Counted from the first letter of the stretch, positions 40,970-51,985 are shown. The stretch is 64,000 nt of DNA from an uncultured Methanosarcinales archaeon (GCA_964609455.1 CAZSRD010000005.1:4878-68877), one strand, 5' to 3'. Notes: generated by a model from the letters alone, not told the origin. Numbers and translations are program-made.

Positions 40970-42865
40970 TTATCCCACATTCCTTACTTTCTCACCAAAT
41001 ATAAATATATATTTCCAGGCAAATCCCTGCTTTCTCTTTACTTGCACCTTAAAACCAGCTCTGTAAAAAATATCTATTATTTTTTTGTCATCGCTTAACC
41101 AATCTTTATTTGGGATAATATCAAAAAATTTATCATAATCCACAAAGCATATTTTAGAGCCTTTTTTGAGTCTTTTGTTCATGTGTTTTAATACTGCATG
41201 GATATCTTTGACATACCCTATTGTCCCTACTGAAACTGCTGTATGGAGCAATGGAACGTCTGGGTGCACTCTGCTATGGTGCTGCAGGTCATGAATGACC
41301 TTAACATGGGTATGGCCTTTTTTATCTAAACGCCGCTGAGTTATTTCAAGGTCTTTTTCTGAAATATCAGTAGCGTATACTTTTCCTTTTGGCCCTACTT
41401 CTTCTGCCAGATGCATTGTTAATGTGCCTACAGAGCATCCGAACTCCAGCACTATTTTTCCCTTTATATTTCCCAGCAATCTAATTATCTCTTTTCTGAC
41501 ACTTAATGGCAAGGCTAACCTTTCAGTCCATAAGACCAGATATGCTAAGAGGTTATTTGTTTTTCTAATTGCTTTTGGATTGTAGTAAAGCTCTAGCAGA
41601 AAGTATACTGGCGCTCCCAAAATTATTAATGAGACAGATAAAGCAATCAATTTTACTGCTTCTGCTTCTAATATAACCCACATAATCAATAAGGAGATCA
41701 TGACCAGTATCGTAATTATTGGGCCGACTTTGCCAAATGGGGCTTTGAAATGCCTTTTTAGTTCAGGCTTTTTAAATCTTAATACGACCAATGCCAACAA
41801 TACAGATATGTACATCACCAATACAAAGGGAAGCAGCATTAGAAGCAGCGTTCTATAAGCTCCAAGGCCAATTATCACTAAAAGGGAGGTTACAATTGTC
41901 TGGAAAACTATTGCTTTATGCGGTGTGTGATATTTTGGATGTATTGCTGAGAATTGTGTCAGGAATAGTCTGTCCCTAGCTAATGCCAATAATAATCTTG
42001 GCGCAGCAACTATCCAACTGGCGACTGCGCCGATAATTGCTAAATATATCCATAATGTAAATATGCTTCTTCCGATATTACCGAAATGTAGAGCACCAAG
42101 GTCGGATAATGGAGCAACGGATTTTGAGAATGTCTGCCAGGGTATGTTTCCAATAGATGTTATTACAAACAATAATGAAATTATGGATATACATATTGTT
42201 CCGATAATTAATGCTTTTGGCATTACCTTTTCCGGGTCTTTGGTTTCTTCTGCTAAGAATGTAGCTGACTCCCAACCAAAAAACGTTTCTTGTATGAAAT
42301 ATAATGTTATGAAAATAGCTGATGTTGGAAAAACCCAGAATGGCACAAAATTTTGAGGTTGTAGTTTGAATAATCCCGGGATTATCAATGAAAACACTGC
42401 TGATATAGCTATTATTGAAAAAGTAGCCAGCATGAAGGATGATGTTTTCATTCCCCTGTAAGCTATGCAGTTGAATGCCAAAATGAAAAATAAAGATAGC
42501 GCAGCTTTTTGCAAAGGCAAGTTATAGGGCAAGAGATATTGGATAGCGCCTACTACCAGCATAGCTATTGTTATATTCCCTGCTATGAGTGTGATCCATC
42601 CAATTATGAATGAAGTAAACCTTCCATAAGCTTGTTTTGCATATTCATAGACTCCTCCAGCTTTTGGAAACATTGAGACTAGTTCTGCAAAACACATTGA
42701 GATGTAGAGCGCTATTATAGACATTATTGCCCAGGAGATTATGGACATTGGGCCTGAGTATTTTGCGCCAACTGCTGGCAAGAAGTAGATTCCTGTGCCC
42801 ATTATTGCGTTGATTGTTATCAATAGGATAACCTTGAAGCCGAGTACCTGCTTTAGTTCTGCCAT
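40970..42865 (-). CDS. APC amino-acid permease fused to class I SAM methyltransferase
   Basis: IMGTGIY, AEL.SMFPKAGG, AEETKDP; C-terminal VLEFGCSVG, VYATDIS. Confidence 0.88.
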   Translation of the reverse strand: MAELKQVLGFKVILLITINAIMGTGIYFLPAVGAKYSGPMSIISWAIMSIIALYISMCFAELVSMFPKAGGVYEYAKQAYGRFTSFIIGWITLIAGNITIAMLVVGAIQYLLPYNLPLQKAALSLFFILAFNCIAYRGMKTSSFMLATFSIIAISAVFSLIIPGLFKLQPQNFVPFWVFPTSAIFITLYFIQETFFGWESATFLAEETKDPEKVMPKALIIGTICISIISLLFVITSIGNIPWQTFSKSVAPLSDLGALHFGNIGRSIFTLWIYLAIIGAVASWIVAAPRLLLALARDRLFLTQFSAIHPKYHTPHKAIVFQTIVTSLLVIIGLGAYRTLLLMLLPFVLVMYISVLLALVVLRFKKPELKRHFKAPFGKVGPIITILVMISLLIMWVILEAEAVKLIALSVSLIILGAPVYFLLELYYNPKAIRKTNNLLAYLVLWTERLALPLSVRKEIIRLLGNIKGKIVLEFGCSVGTLTMHLAEEVGPKGKVYATDISEKDLEITQRRLDKKGHTHVKVIHDLQHHSRVHPDVPLLHTAVSVGTIGYVKDIHAVLKHMNKRLKKGSKICFVDYDKFFDIIPNKDWLSDDKKIIDIFYRAGFKVQVKRKQGFAWKYIFIFGEKVRNVG

Positions 42866-42947
42866 AGGCTGAATTTTATGTTTATTATTTATAAAATGTT
42901 CGTTTTTAGGAAAGACTTAAAAATAGATTATTATTTGCAGTACTAAT

Positions 42948-43562
42948 ATGGAAACATTGTTTATTGAGGCTAAATACGATAAGCCAATAAAGATTGGCAA
43001 AATAGCAGATAGATTGGAAGGCATAATTGGTCTAGTGAGCTCAATACAATTTTTGGAAGGCTTATCATTAATTAAGAAACAGTTGAAAAAAGCTGTTATT
43101 GGCGGTCAGATTTTAGGCTGTGATGTGAGTAACGCTTTGAAGATAAACAATAAGGTTGATTCGTTCTTATATATTGGTGATGGCAGTTTTCATCCATTGA
43201 AGGTTGCTTTAGAAACAAAGAAAGAAGTTTTTACATTTAACCCTTTTAGTAAAACTTTTGGTAAGATTGATAAGAAAGATGTTGAAAATTATAAAAAAAG
43301 GAAAAAAGGCGCTTTGCTGAAGTTTTTATCTGCTGATAATGTAGGTATATTGGTTTCAACAAAACCAGGTCAATATTATGATATTAAGAAGTTAAGTTTT
43401 TTAGAGAAAAAATATCCTAAGAAGAAATTTTACACATTTATTGCAGAAACAATTGATTATAGCCAATTAGAGAATTTTCCTTTTATACGAGCTTGGGTCA
43501 ATACTGCTTGCCCCAGGATTGATGAGGATATTTCTGTGGTTAATGTTGAAGAGATAAAATGA
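42948..43562 (+). CDS. dph2: diphthamide biosynthesis Dph2-like protein (short)
   Basis: GQILGC, GDGSFH, STKPGQ, NTACPRI. Confidence 0.85.
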   Translation: METLFIEAKYDKPIKIGKIADRLEGIIGLVSSIQFLEGLSLIKKQLKKAVIGGQILGCDVSNALKINNKVDSFLYIGDGSFHPLKVALETKKEVFTFNPFSKTFGKIDKKDVENYKKRKKGALLKFLSADNVGILVSTKPGQYYDIKKLSFLEKKYPKKKFYTFIAETIDYSQLENFPFIRAWVNTACPRIDEDISVVNVEEIK

Positions 43563-44746
43563 CAATAGAATTATTAAGCCCAGTGCAGGATTTTACTAGC
43601 TTAAAGGCTGCGATAGATGCTGGCGCAGATGCTGTTTATTTTGGGGTTAAAGAGCTAAATATGAGGCTGGGAGCTAAGAATTTTGAGCTAAAAGATACAA
43701 AAAAGGTTATAGATTTATGTCATAAAAATAAGGTTAAGGCTTATTTTACTTTGAATACAATCATTTATGATGATGAAATCAGTAAAGTAAGGAAAATTCT
43801 TGAAAAACTAAAAAAAGAAAAGATAGATGCTATAATTTGTTGGGATTTTTCTGTAATAACGGAATGTGAAAGATTAAATCTGCCTGTTCATTTGTCTACG
43901 CAAGCTTCTGTGAGCAATTTTGAAGCAATAAAGATTTTGAAAAATAGATTTAAAAATATAAAAAGAATAAATCTGGCAAGAGAGCTTTCTTTGGAGCAGA
44001 TAAAAAGTATAATTAAACAAATAAAAAAGAACAAATTAAATGTTGAGATTGAAACCTTTGTTCATGGAGCAATGTGTGTGAGCATTTCTGGAAGATGTTT
44101 TTTATCACAGGATATTTTTAATAAGTCCGCCAATAGAGGAGAGTGTTTGCAGCCATGCAGGCGCAAGTATCTTATTAAAGATGTTGAGGAGGATCATGAG
44201 TTAGAGTTAGGAGAAGATTATATCATTTCTCCAAAAGACCTTTGTGCAATTGAAATCATTGATAAACTGATTAAAGCCAGGATTGATGCTTTTAAAATAG
44301 AGGGAAGGAACAGGTCGCCAGAGTATGTCAAGGTTGTTACAGAATGTTATAAAAGAGCTATTGATAAAGGGTATAGTAAGGAATTATTGGATAAGCTGAA
44401 AACTGTATATAATCGTGGATTTTCAACTGGGTTTTATTTAGGCAAGCCAATGAATGAATGGGCGGGGGTTTATGGGAGTAAAGCGACAAAGAAAAAGATT
44501 TATATTGGCAAGGTAAGAAATTTCTATAAAAAAGTAAATGTTGCTGAAATTTTGATTGAGTCTTCAACATTAAAATTAGGCGATACTATAATGTTTCAGG
44601 GCCCAACTACTGGTGTTTTTGAGGAGAAAATAGTTTCAATGGAGAAACACCATAAAATGATTAAAAAAGCAAATAAGGGAGAGAGAATAGCAATTAAACT
44701 AAGGGGAAATGTAAGGGAGAATGACATGGTCTTTTTAATAAAATAA
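43559..44746 (+). CDS. peptidase U32 family protein (probable tRNA hydroxylation)
   Basis: GADAVYFG, HLSTQ, LARELS, HGAMCVSISGRC, NRGECLQPCR, KIEGR. Confidence 0.9.
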   Translation: MTIELLSPVQDFTSLKAAIDAGADAVYFGVKELNMRLGAKNFELKDTKKVIDLCHKNKVKAYFTLNTIIYDDEISKVRKILEKLKKEKIDAIICWDFSVITECERLNLPVHLSTQASVSNFEAIKILKNRFKNIKRINLARELSLEQIKSIIKQIKKNKLNVEIETFVHGAMCVSISGRCFLSQDIFNKSANRGECLQPCRRKYLIKDVEEDHELELGEDYIISPKDLCAIEIIDKLIKARIDAFKIEGRNRSPEYVKVVTECYKRAIDKGYSKELLDKLKTVYNRGFSTGFYLGKPMNEWAGVYGSKATKKKIYIGKVRNFYKKVNVAEILIESSTLKLGDTIMFQGPTTGVFEEKIVSMEKHHKMIKKANKGERIAIKLRGNVRENDMVFLIK

Positions 44747-44747
44747 T

Positions 44748-47700
44748 TTACTTCTTTCGGATATATAACCAGACGATTAAAGCAATAAGAGCAAGCATTA
44801 GGAAAAGCAATATAGTCTTTCCTTCATTTAATACACCCATTATTGTTTTTCCTGTTATGATAAAGAAACCATGTTCACTTTTTTCTACTCCTCCTCCCTC
44901 AATTTCAGTTATAGCTGGAGTTGTTTGTTCAATCTCTTCTGTTTGCCCTTCAACAACTTCCCCTGATTGACTTATTGTAAAATCCTGTTCTGTTGCGGAG
45001 ATTGCAAAAACAGAAAATCCAGGAGTGTAAGAAATATAATATGCGCTTTCATTTGTCTCTAGGTAACTGATTGTATCTAACTTATTCCATCCTTTGTTGT
45101 ACCTGTACATAGAAATTTGTCCTTTGGTAATGCCCTTGTCTTTTAACCATTGATTTTTTACTTTAAACCTTATTTCTACTGGTTGTGAAAGGTCACTTTC
45201 ATTTAGGTTTTCTGCTCCTAACTCCAGATATTGGTAAGCAGTTCCAGATATCTTAGGGTGCGATTGACTTTCATTTAAAACTTTAACATTGATCCTTACT
45301 TTGTCTAATCTTTTGTTAACCTTAAATCCTATTCTGTTGACTGCTATGTTTGGAGAGTTAATTGCCATTAATGGTGTTAGTGTCTCTGTTACCAAGACAA
45401 AGAACCTTGAAGCTTCGTTTGGGCTTTTTGCTGAAGTTCCCCCTCCACCGCCCCCTCCGCCACCACCACTACCCCCACCACCTCCTCCGCCGTCATTGTT
45501 ATTTGGCGCTGTATAGGTTAAGGACGCATTAACATAATTATTTGAATAGTCTATATTTAAATTTTTATTATCTGCATCGTCTAATGTGGTTACAACAAAA
45601 TGGTACGTTCCTGAGCTTGTCACAGATATTGAAGTTCTATTTGTGGAAACAGTTGCTGCGCTATATCCTACTATTGATTCATTTGCTAAGCTTTTGGATG
45701 AATTGAAATTTGCCCCATAATAGGCAACGTAACGGAGATTTTGGAAGTCTGAATTGCCACTTATATCTGTACTTACATTAACCCATGTTAATGTGGCAGT
45801 ATCTCCTGATGCAGATACCTGCAGGCTTGTTACTTTGTTCGGGGTTATTGTGTCATTTGCAGTACTCCCTAATGAGTTTGACATTACAGAATCATTATAA
45901 TTGCCGTATGAGTCAACGGTGACAAGAGCATACCAATAAGTTGTCCCGTGAGTTGTGGTGGTATCTTCGTAAAATTGCGTTCCTTCGGCAACCCCTGTTG
46001 TTATGTTTACTATAGAGATGTTTATTAAATTTATTTGGCTGCTGAACCTGTAGAGCCTGTATGTTTCTCCTGTTTCATTGCCGTCATCATTCCATACAAT
46101 TTCTATATTGCCGTCTGAGTCAGAATCTGAAACAGATGTTAGTGTTGGGTGTGTTGTAGGAGCTAATGTGCCTGTATAGGTGATATTGGTTGAGTTATAC
46201 CATATACTCCACTTATAGCCGTCATTAACCCTGATTGAGAATAGCCAAACTTCACCTTCTGATAAATTGCCAGAGCTTATTGTTGTTAAATTATCTAAAC
46301 CAGGCACATATTTGCTGTTATTGAACCATCTTGTTTCGTTAAATGTATTTGGGTCATTATCAACATCAGAATAATCAAACCTAGCTACTAAATCATTACC
46401 AGATATTACACTTGCATTTTCAACTGTTGGTGGTGTGTTTTCTACTGTGAAGCTCCATTCATCTGTCATATTTATGTTATTGTTTGTATCATTGCAGTAG
46501 AATTTCCACGATATAACTTTACTTCGTGTTGAGGTTACGACTTTGTAAATGCTTATTGGGTAAAACGTTACAATTGGCGTTGTGTTTGTGGTGTTAACCC
46601 AAGAGCCAGTATCATTCCATGAAAACACATAAGCTGACAGCCCAATAGCGTCATTGCAGGTTATATTGAATTGGATTACATCATTATTTTTTGGAGATGT
46701 ATTGTTAGTTGCGTTGTTTGACCATGTTGGGGGAATAGTGTCTAATGAAGCAAGAGCTGCAAAAATATCTATTCTTGAAAAATTATAACCACTCCCCCCA
46801 GAATCACCAATAATTTTGCCTGTATTATTTAATGTCCTTTTTATTTGGTTAGGTGTTAAAGTAGTTCCATTCTCTAACTTTTTAAACTGAAATAATAAAG
46901 CTACTGCCCCCGCAACATGCGGCGTTGACATTGATGTTCCATCCAGTTCTTGGGTGGCATCATTTGGGTATGTTGAGGTTATATCTACGCCAGGCGCCAA
47001 TAATTCAAAGAGAGCCCCCCCTTTGATAAGTTATAGAATCTGCATCATTTACTGCTCCAACTGCTGTGGCATTCTCTACACATGCAGGGGAAGAAGGGCC
47101 TGCCGTACAAGATTGGCCTGGACATTGGGCTTGATTGCAGTTACCCGCCGCTATTGTAACAACAATACCCTGACCTACCGCAGTATTAATGGATGAAGCC
47201 TCGCTATCAGTATTGCAGTAAGTAGTATGATTAGAGCAATCCCCTAAACTCAGGGTAATGACTGAAATATTAAATTTTGAAGCATTATTAGTGCACCAAT
47301 CAATTCCTGCAATTATATCATCACTCCATCCTGATCCTGTAGAATCCAAAACTTTGACTGCAATTATTTTGGCGTCTGGCGCAACCCCCTTATATATGCT
47401 GTTAGTAGAAGCAACTATTCCTGTGACATGTGTCCCATGACCATGGTCATCAAAGCAAGCACTATTATTCAAACTACATTCCTCTGTGTCAGCCCCCTGA
47501 TTCAGCGACCTATACCCCCCAATAACCTTATTCCCCCAACCACCACCTAGATCAGAATGATTATAATCAACGCCAGTATCAATCACACAAACTGTTTCAC
47601 CCACACCAGTTATATTTGTTCCGTTAAGAACTATGCCCCATGAACTATTTGCCTTAATAAGTGGTGCACTATTATCTAGAGTTGCATAAACCCGTTTGTT

Positions 47701-48147
47701 AAGTTGTATGCTCTTTACGTTAGAATCATCCACCAATTTTTCAAGGCCATGTTTAGTTATTTTTCCAGAGAATCCATTTACAGTAGAATATTTATGCTTC
47801 AATTTAAAATCCACATTATCTATATCAAAAAATGAACTATTTTTAGTTTGTTTTTTATAGTCTTCCATATTTAACTTTGAAAGAACCCTCTCTTGCTGTT
47901 CCCCCACCATTAGTTTTTTCTGTTCTAAGCCAGCTTTTTTTGCTTCATTAACCTGCATAAATGGAGCATCTGTTTGTGATATAAGTTCAGGCTCGTCTTT
48001 TAACATTACAATTACGGAAGCCTCCCCTTTATCTTCCAACTCCCCTCCAATTAAAGGGTCTACTCTTTCCGCATAAATTAGTTTTGTAGCTATTAACAAG
48101 AATACTAAAATCAAAAACCCCTTTTTTATTCTATTACTACAGCACAT
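44748..48147 (-). pseudogene. S8 subtilase with Ig/Fn3-like domains, PGF-pre-PGF-like domain and C-terminal anchor, split by a frameshift at G7 (47015-47021)
   Basis: IDTG, HGTH, AAGN in 47005-48147; APG..GTSMSTPHVAG, poly-Gly, TPGFSVFAI and TM in 44748-47000; removing one G joins the frames. Confidence 0.85.
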
Positions 48148-48395
48148 TTGTTACCAGCACACTCGCAATGACCTTGCCCACAATCCATTGTTTCAGGAGC
48201 ACATTCCATTGAACACATTAAGCCTTCGCAATCCGGTCGATAATTTATGTTTACACATGAAGAAGGATGACAACAAGTTGCAGGAATACAGTTGGAATCT
48301 TTATTACAATATATCTTCTCTGGAATATCTTCTTTACAGCCATTAATTAAAATCAAAAACATTAAAAGCATTACAATTAAAAATATTTTATTCAT
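48126..48395 (-). CDS. small Cys-rich lipoprotein-like protein
   Basis: LINGC lipobox-like; C..DSNCIPATCCHPSSCVN. Confidence 0.75.
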   Translation of the reverse strand: MNKIFLIVMLLMFLILINGCKEDIPEKIYCNKDSNCIPATCCHPSSCVNINYRPDCEGLMCSMECAPETMDCGQGHCECAGNKCAVVIE

Positions 48396-48532
48396 TTTCT
48401 TTCCTCCTCCAAGAATTTTTTCATAAAGTTTTCAATCTGCTTTGACATTATAAGGCCTTTTTCTTTGCATGCTTTAACATATTTAGAATAAACACCAGAA
48501 TCGACATTCATTGAAATAATCTGTTTGGGCAT
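48392..48532 (-). CDS. small ribbon-helix-helix-like regulator (not in ORF track)
   Basis: MPKQIISMNVDSGVYSKYVKACKEKGLIMSKQIENFMKKFLEEERK; ATGA overlap with next gene. Confidence 0.65.
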   Translation of the reverse strand: MPKQIISMNVDSGVYSKYVKACKEKGLIMSKQIENFMKKFLEEERK

Positions 48533-48579
48533 GCTTTATATAATCTTATATAAGCTTATATATAAAGGTTACTATTCCT

Positions 48580-49500
48580 TTAAGTCCAAACTTCTATCCT
48601 ATTTGAGCTTCTTGGCTCCAGCATAGAAGAGCCAATTCCTTTTCCAACAAAAAAGGATTTCTCGTTCATAATTTCACTTAAGACGTCAAGAAGGCTTGTT
48701 TTTTCAGCAAATTCGCTTGTTTCTGCAGTTATATTGAGCCTGTCTTCAATAAATTTAATTGCTTCTTCTTTTCCACCAAATTCGTCAATCAACCCTGCTT
48801 CTTTTGCTTCTATTCCTGAGAATATCTTTGCTGTTTTTACCTCTTCTATCCTTTCTTTAGGCAGGTTTCTATTTTTTAAAACATCATCCAAAAAATATTC
48901 CTGCATTAAGTCAATTTGTTTTTGAAGTATCCTTTCCTCATCATATGTCAGTTCTTTGAAAGGACTTCCTATATCTTTGTATTTTCCTGCAACCAGCCTT
49001 TGGTAGGTTACGTTATAATCTTTTAATAGCCCTGAGAATTCCATATAGGATCCGATAACTCCTACAGAACCGGTAATGGACATTCTACTGGCAAATATAT
49101 AATCTGTTGCAGATGCAACCCAATAAGCTCCTGAAGCGCCAATATCTTTTATATAAGCTACGCTTGTTTTATTCAATTTTTTAATTGCTGATACAATCTC
49201 TTCTGATCCAACAGGGGTCCCCCCTGGAGAGTTGATTTCAAAGATTACTGCCTTTATTTTTGGGTTTCTATCAGCTTCTTCTATGAATCCCACAATAGAT
49301 GGCGCAGATGCTATTGACTGCCCAAAACTTCTTGTTTTTTCTGACATTATAACTCCACTTATAGGTATTATTGCTACGTTTCCATCTATAATATCTGTTC
49401 CTATGAAAAAAGATATAATCCAAGAGACAACAAAACTTATTATTGCCAATATTAAAATCAATTTAATAGCTGTATGCCATTTGCTTTTTTGTTTTTCCAT
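48580..49500 (-). CDS. sppA: signal peptide peptidase SppA (S49)
   Basis: INSPGG, ASGAYW, GSVGV, GKYKD. Confidence 0.93.
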   Translation of the reverse strand: MEKQKSKWHTAIKLILILAIISFVVSWIISFFIGTDIIDGNVAIIPISGVIMSEKTRSFGQSIASAPSIVGFIEEADRNPKIKAVIFEINSPGGTPVGSEEIVSAIKKLNKTSVAYIKDIGASGAYWVASATDYIFASRMSITGSVGVIGSYMEFSGLLKDYNVTYQRLVAGKYKDIGSPFKELTYDEERILQKQIDLMQEYFLDDVLKNRNLPKERIEEVKTAKIFSGIEAKEAGLIDEFGGKEEAIKFIEDRLNITAETSEFAEKTSLLDVLSEIMNEKSFFVGKGIGSSMLEPRSSNRIEVWT

Positions 49501-49504
49501 CTTA

Positions 49505-50023
49505 TCACCTTATTATATATTCTTCAACGGTTTTTGTTTTGCTTAAAATCTCGCTTAAGCGCTGGTTTGTTTTTGTCAAAAATAAGAATAATGGATCAAG
49601 AACCCATAGCAGAAAAAAAGGGAAAATTGGTATAATAAACAGGCTTCTCACCAAGTATTGCCAAAATCTTACTTCTTTTTTTTCTCCAATTACAGAAATT
49701 TTTAACAGCATTTTTCCGGGGGTTTGCTGGATTTTATATTCTAACAATGCAAAATAAAATAATGCAAATATTGACATTGCTAAGGATACAACAGTCAATG
49801 CTTGTGTATAACTTTGATTTGATATAAGATAAGCATAGGTTTCTGAGAATGAGCCAAATTCAGGCATGGAACTTTGTATCAATCTTTTGAAAGGAAAGAA
49901 CAACACCAAATTTATGATTAAAAAATCTGTTAAGAAAGCAAGAAACCTTTTCCAGACTAAAGCTGGCCCTTTAAATGTCCTTTCTTCAGGCAGATTTAAG
50001 CCTCTTTTTTTCATATTAAACAA
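49505..50023 (-). CDS. RDD family membrane protein
   Basis: KRFLAFLTD, QTPGK, QRLSE. Confidence 0.85.
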   Translation of the reverse strand: MFNMKKRGLNLPEERTFKGPALVWKRFLAFLTDFLIINLVLFFPFKRLIQSSMPEFGSFSETYAYLISNQSYTQALTVVSLAMSIFALFYFALLEYKIQQTPGKMLLKISVIGEKKEVRFWQYLVRSLFIIPIFPFFLLWVLDPLFLFLTKTNQRLSEILSKTKTVEEYIIR

Positions 50024-50150
50024 ATAAAGTCAAGTTGTATAAAAAGCTTATGTTATAGAAAGTTGCTTGTAAATTACAAGCAAGTTCTTGCACATCTAAA
50101 ATCAAGATTTTCGTAAGGTTTTTAAACATATCATATATACTTTCATATTA

Positions 50151-50495
50151 ATGAGTAAAAAGAAGGAAGAACAAGCAAGAGAAGAAGACCTACAGAATCA
50201 GATTTCTAGGATTCACTTGCCTAGAGGTGTACAACTCTTTGGTATTGTTGAGTCAAGATTAGGCGGATCTAGGATGCGTATAAGGTGTTTTGATGGCAAA
50301 GTAAGGATATGCAGGATACCAGGCAGGCTAAAAAGAAGATTGTGGGTAAGGGCTGGTGATTTAGTTATAGTTGAGCCTTGGGAGTTTAGCGGAGATGGCA
50401 AAGGAGATGTTCTTTACAAATATACTAATGCTCAAATGGCTTTCCTAAGAAGGAAAGGTTATCTGAAAAAAATGGATGAATTTGAGGAGTTTTAA
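50151..50495 (+). CDS. eif1a: translation initiation factor aIF-1A
   Basis: RLGGSRM, RIPGRLKRRLWVRAGD..VEPW. Confidence 0.95.
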   Translation: MSKKKEEQAREEDLQNQISRIHLPRGVQLFGIVESRLGGSRMRIRCFDGKVRICRIPGRLKRRLWVRAGDLVIVEPWEFSGDGKGDVLYKYTNAQMAFLRRKGYLKKMDEFEEF

Positions 50496-50517
50496 AAAAT
50501 AAATAAAGGTGGTATAG

Positions 50518-50712
50518 ATGGCAAAATACAAAGTAGAAGTGGACGAGGAAAAGTGCATAGGGTGCGGAGCATGTGTTGCTCAATGTGACAATTTTGAGAT
50601 GAATGGGGACAAAGCAGTTCCAAAAGAGGCAGAGGTTGATGATATTAGCTGCAATAAAGATGCTGAAGATGCATGCCCTGTTCAGGCTATAAAAGTTACA
50701 GAGATGGAATAA
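50518..50712 (+). CDS. ferredoxin
   Basis: CIGCGAC...CPVQAI. Confidence 0.9.
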   Translation: MAKYKVEVDEEKCIGCGACVAQCDNFEMNGDKAVPKEAEVDDISCNKDAEDACPVQAIKVTEME

Positions 50713-50924
50713 TGGCTGATAAAATTAATGGAGATATGACTTTCCAGCAGGTTCTGGAAAAATACCCTAAAACAGCAGCAATAATGATGAAACACGGCCT
50801 TCATTGCATAGGATGCCATATGTCAGCTATGGAGACAATAGAGCAGGGATGTATGGGCCATGGTATGGATGAAGAAGCAATGAAGAAGATGCTTAAAGAG
50901 ATGAACGATTCAATTAAAGATTAA
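50712..50924 (+). CDS. DUF1858-like protein
   Basis: KYP.T..IMMKHGLHCIGC...ETIEQG..HG; start reassigned to ATG 50712. Confidence 0.8.
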   Translation: MADKINGDMTFQQVLEKYPKTAAIMMKHGLHCIGCHMSAMETIEQGCMGHGMDEEAMKKMLKEMNDSIKD

Positions 50925-50957
50925 GTTTTTAAATGATATTTCTATTCTTTTTATAAT

Positions 50958-51605
50958 ATGAAAAACATACCTAAAATAATGCAAATTCTTAATAAACATT
51001 TCAATTTTACAGAGAGAACAACATTGAATAGAATGCGTAAAAAACCAGATGCATATAAAATTCTTATATCTTGTTTGCTGTCTTTGAGGACAAAGGACCA
51101 GAATACAGAAAAGGTTTCTAGACAGTTATTTGCAGTTGCAGACACTCCTCAGGAGATAGTTAAGATACCAATAAGAAGATTAGAAAAGCTTATATTTTCA
51201 TCAGGGCATTATAAGAAAAAAGCACGAACATTAAAACATGTGTCCTCTGAGCTGATTAAAAGATTTGATGGAAAAGTTCCAAATGATAAGGGGAGTCTTC
51301 TTTCGATTAAAGGAATTGGCCCAAAAACAGCGAATATTGTTTTGAATTTTGCATTTGGTCAGGATGTGATTCCTGTTGATGTGCATTGCCATAGAATTCC
51401 CAACAGATTAGGGTGGGTTAAGACAAAAACACCAGAGAAAACAGAAAAAGCTTTGGAGAAAATATTGCCTAGGAAGTATTGGAAAGAATTTAACGGCATC
51501 TTTGTATTGTTTGGAAAGACAATCTGCCAGCCTGTAAGCCCTTGGTGCAGCAAGTGTCCTGTAAGCAAGTATTGTCCAAGGATTAATGTTAAGAGAAGCA
51601 GATAA
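50958..51605 (+). CDS. nth: endonuclease III
   Basis: KGIGPKTA, VDVH, C-x6-C-x2-C-x5-C. Confidence 0.93.
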   Translation: MKNIPKIMQILNKHFNFTERTTLNRMRKKPDAYKILISCLLSLRTKDQNTEKVSRQLFAVADTPQEIVKIPIRRLEKLIFSSGHYKKKARTLKHVSSELIKRFDGKVPNDKGSLLSIKGIGPKTANIVLNFAFGQDVIPVDVHCHRIPNRLGWVKTKTPEKTEKALEKILPRKYWKEFNGIFVLFGKTICQPVSPWCSKCPVSKYCPRINVKRSR

Positions 51606-51950
51606 TCATTTTTTTTTCTTAATCTTCTTCAAATATCCATCAACATCTTTTGGTTTTTTGAAAATAACCTTGGCAAACTCTTCTTCATGAGCCTCGCACT
51701 CATGGGTTCCATGATCCTTGCATACCTGAGGCCTTTTGTCATAGATTTTGCATTTATCATCATCATCAAGAAATTTGCATTTCGTCCTTACTTCAACATT
51801 CCATTCACCTTCAAGATCCTTATATATCATGACTCCCTTATGCAACAACATCCACTTTACTTCATCCCAGCTTTCTTTGTCCTTAGGGTCCTTTAAAGTT
51901 ACGGTAATGTACCTGCAGCATTCTCCATTGCATTCTTCACATGAAACCAT
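51606..51950 (-). CDS. YkgJ-family cysteine-cluster protein
   Basis: CEECNGECC, CKFL..CKIYDKRPQVC. Confidence 0.85.
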   Translation of the reverse strand: MVSCEECNGECCRYITVTLKDPKDKESWDEVKWMLLHKGVMIYKDLEGEWNVEVRTKCKFLDDDDKCKIYDKRPQVCKDHGTHECEAHEEEFAKVIFKKPKDVDGYLKKIKKKK

Positions 51951-51985
51951 TTTTATGAAATACCCAATAGCTTATATTTAAAGTT

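Noticed and set aside
45440..45492. GC-rich repeat
   Set aside because: Encodes an ordinary poly-Gly linker of the subtilase.
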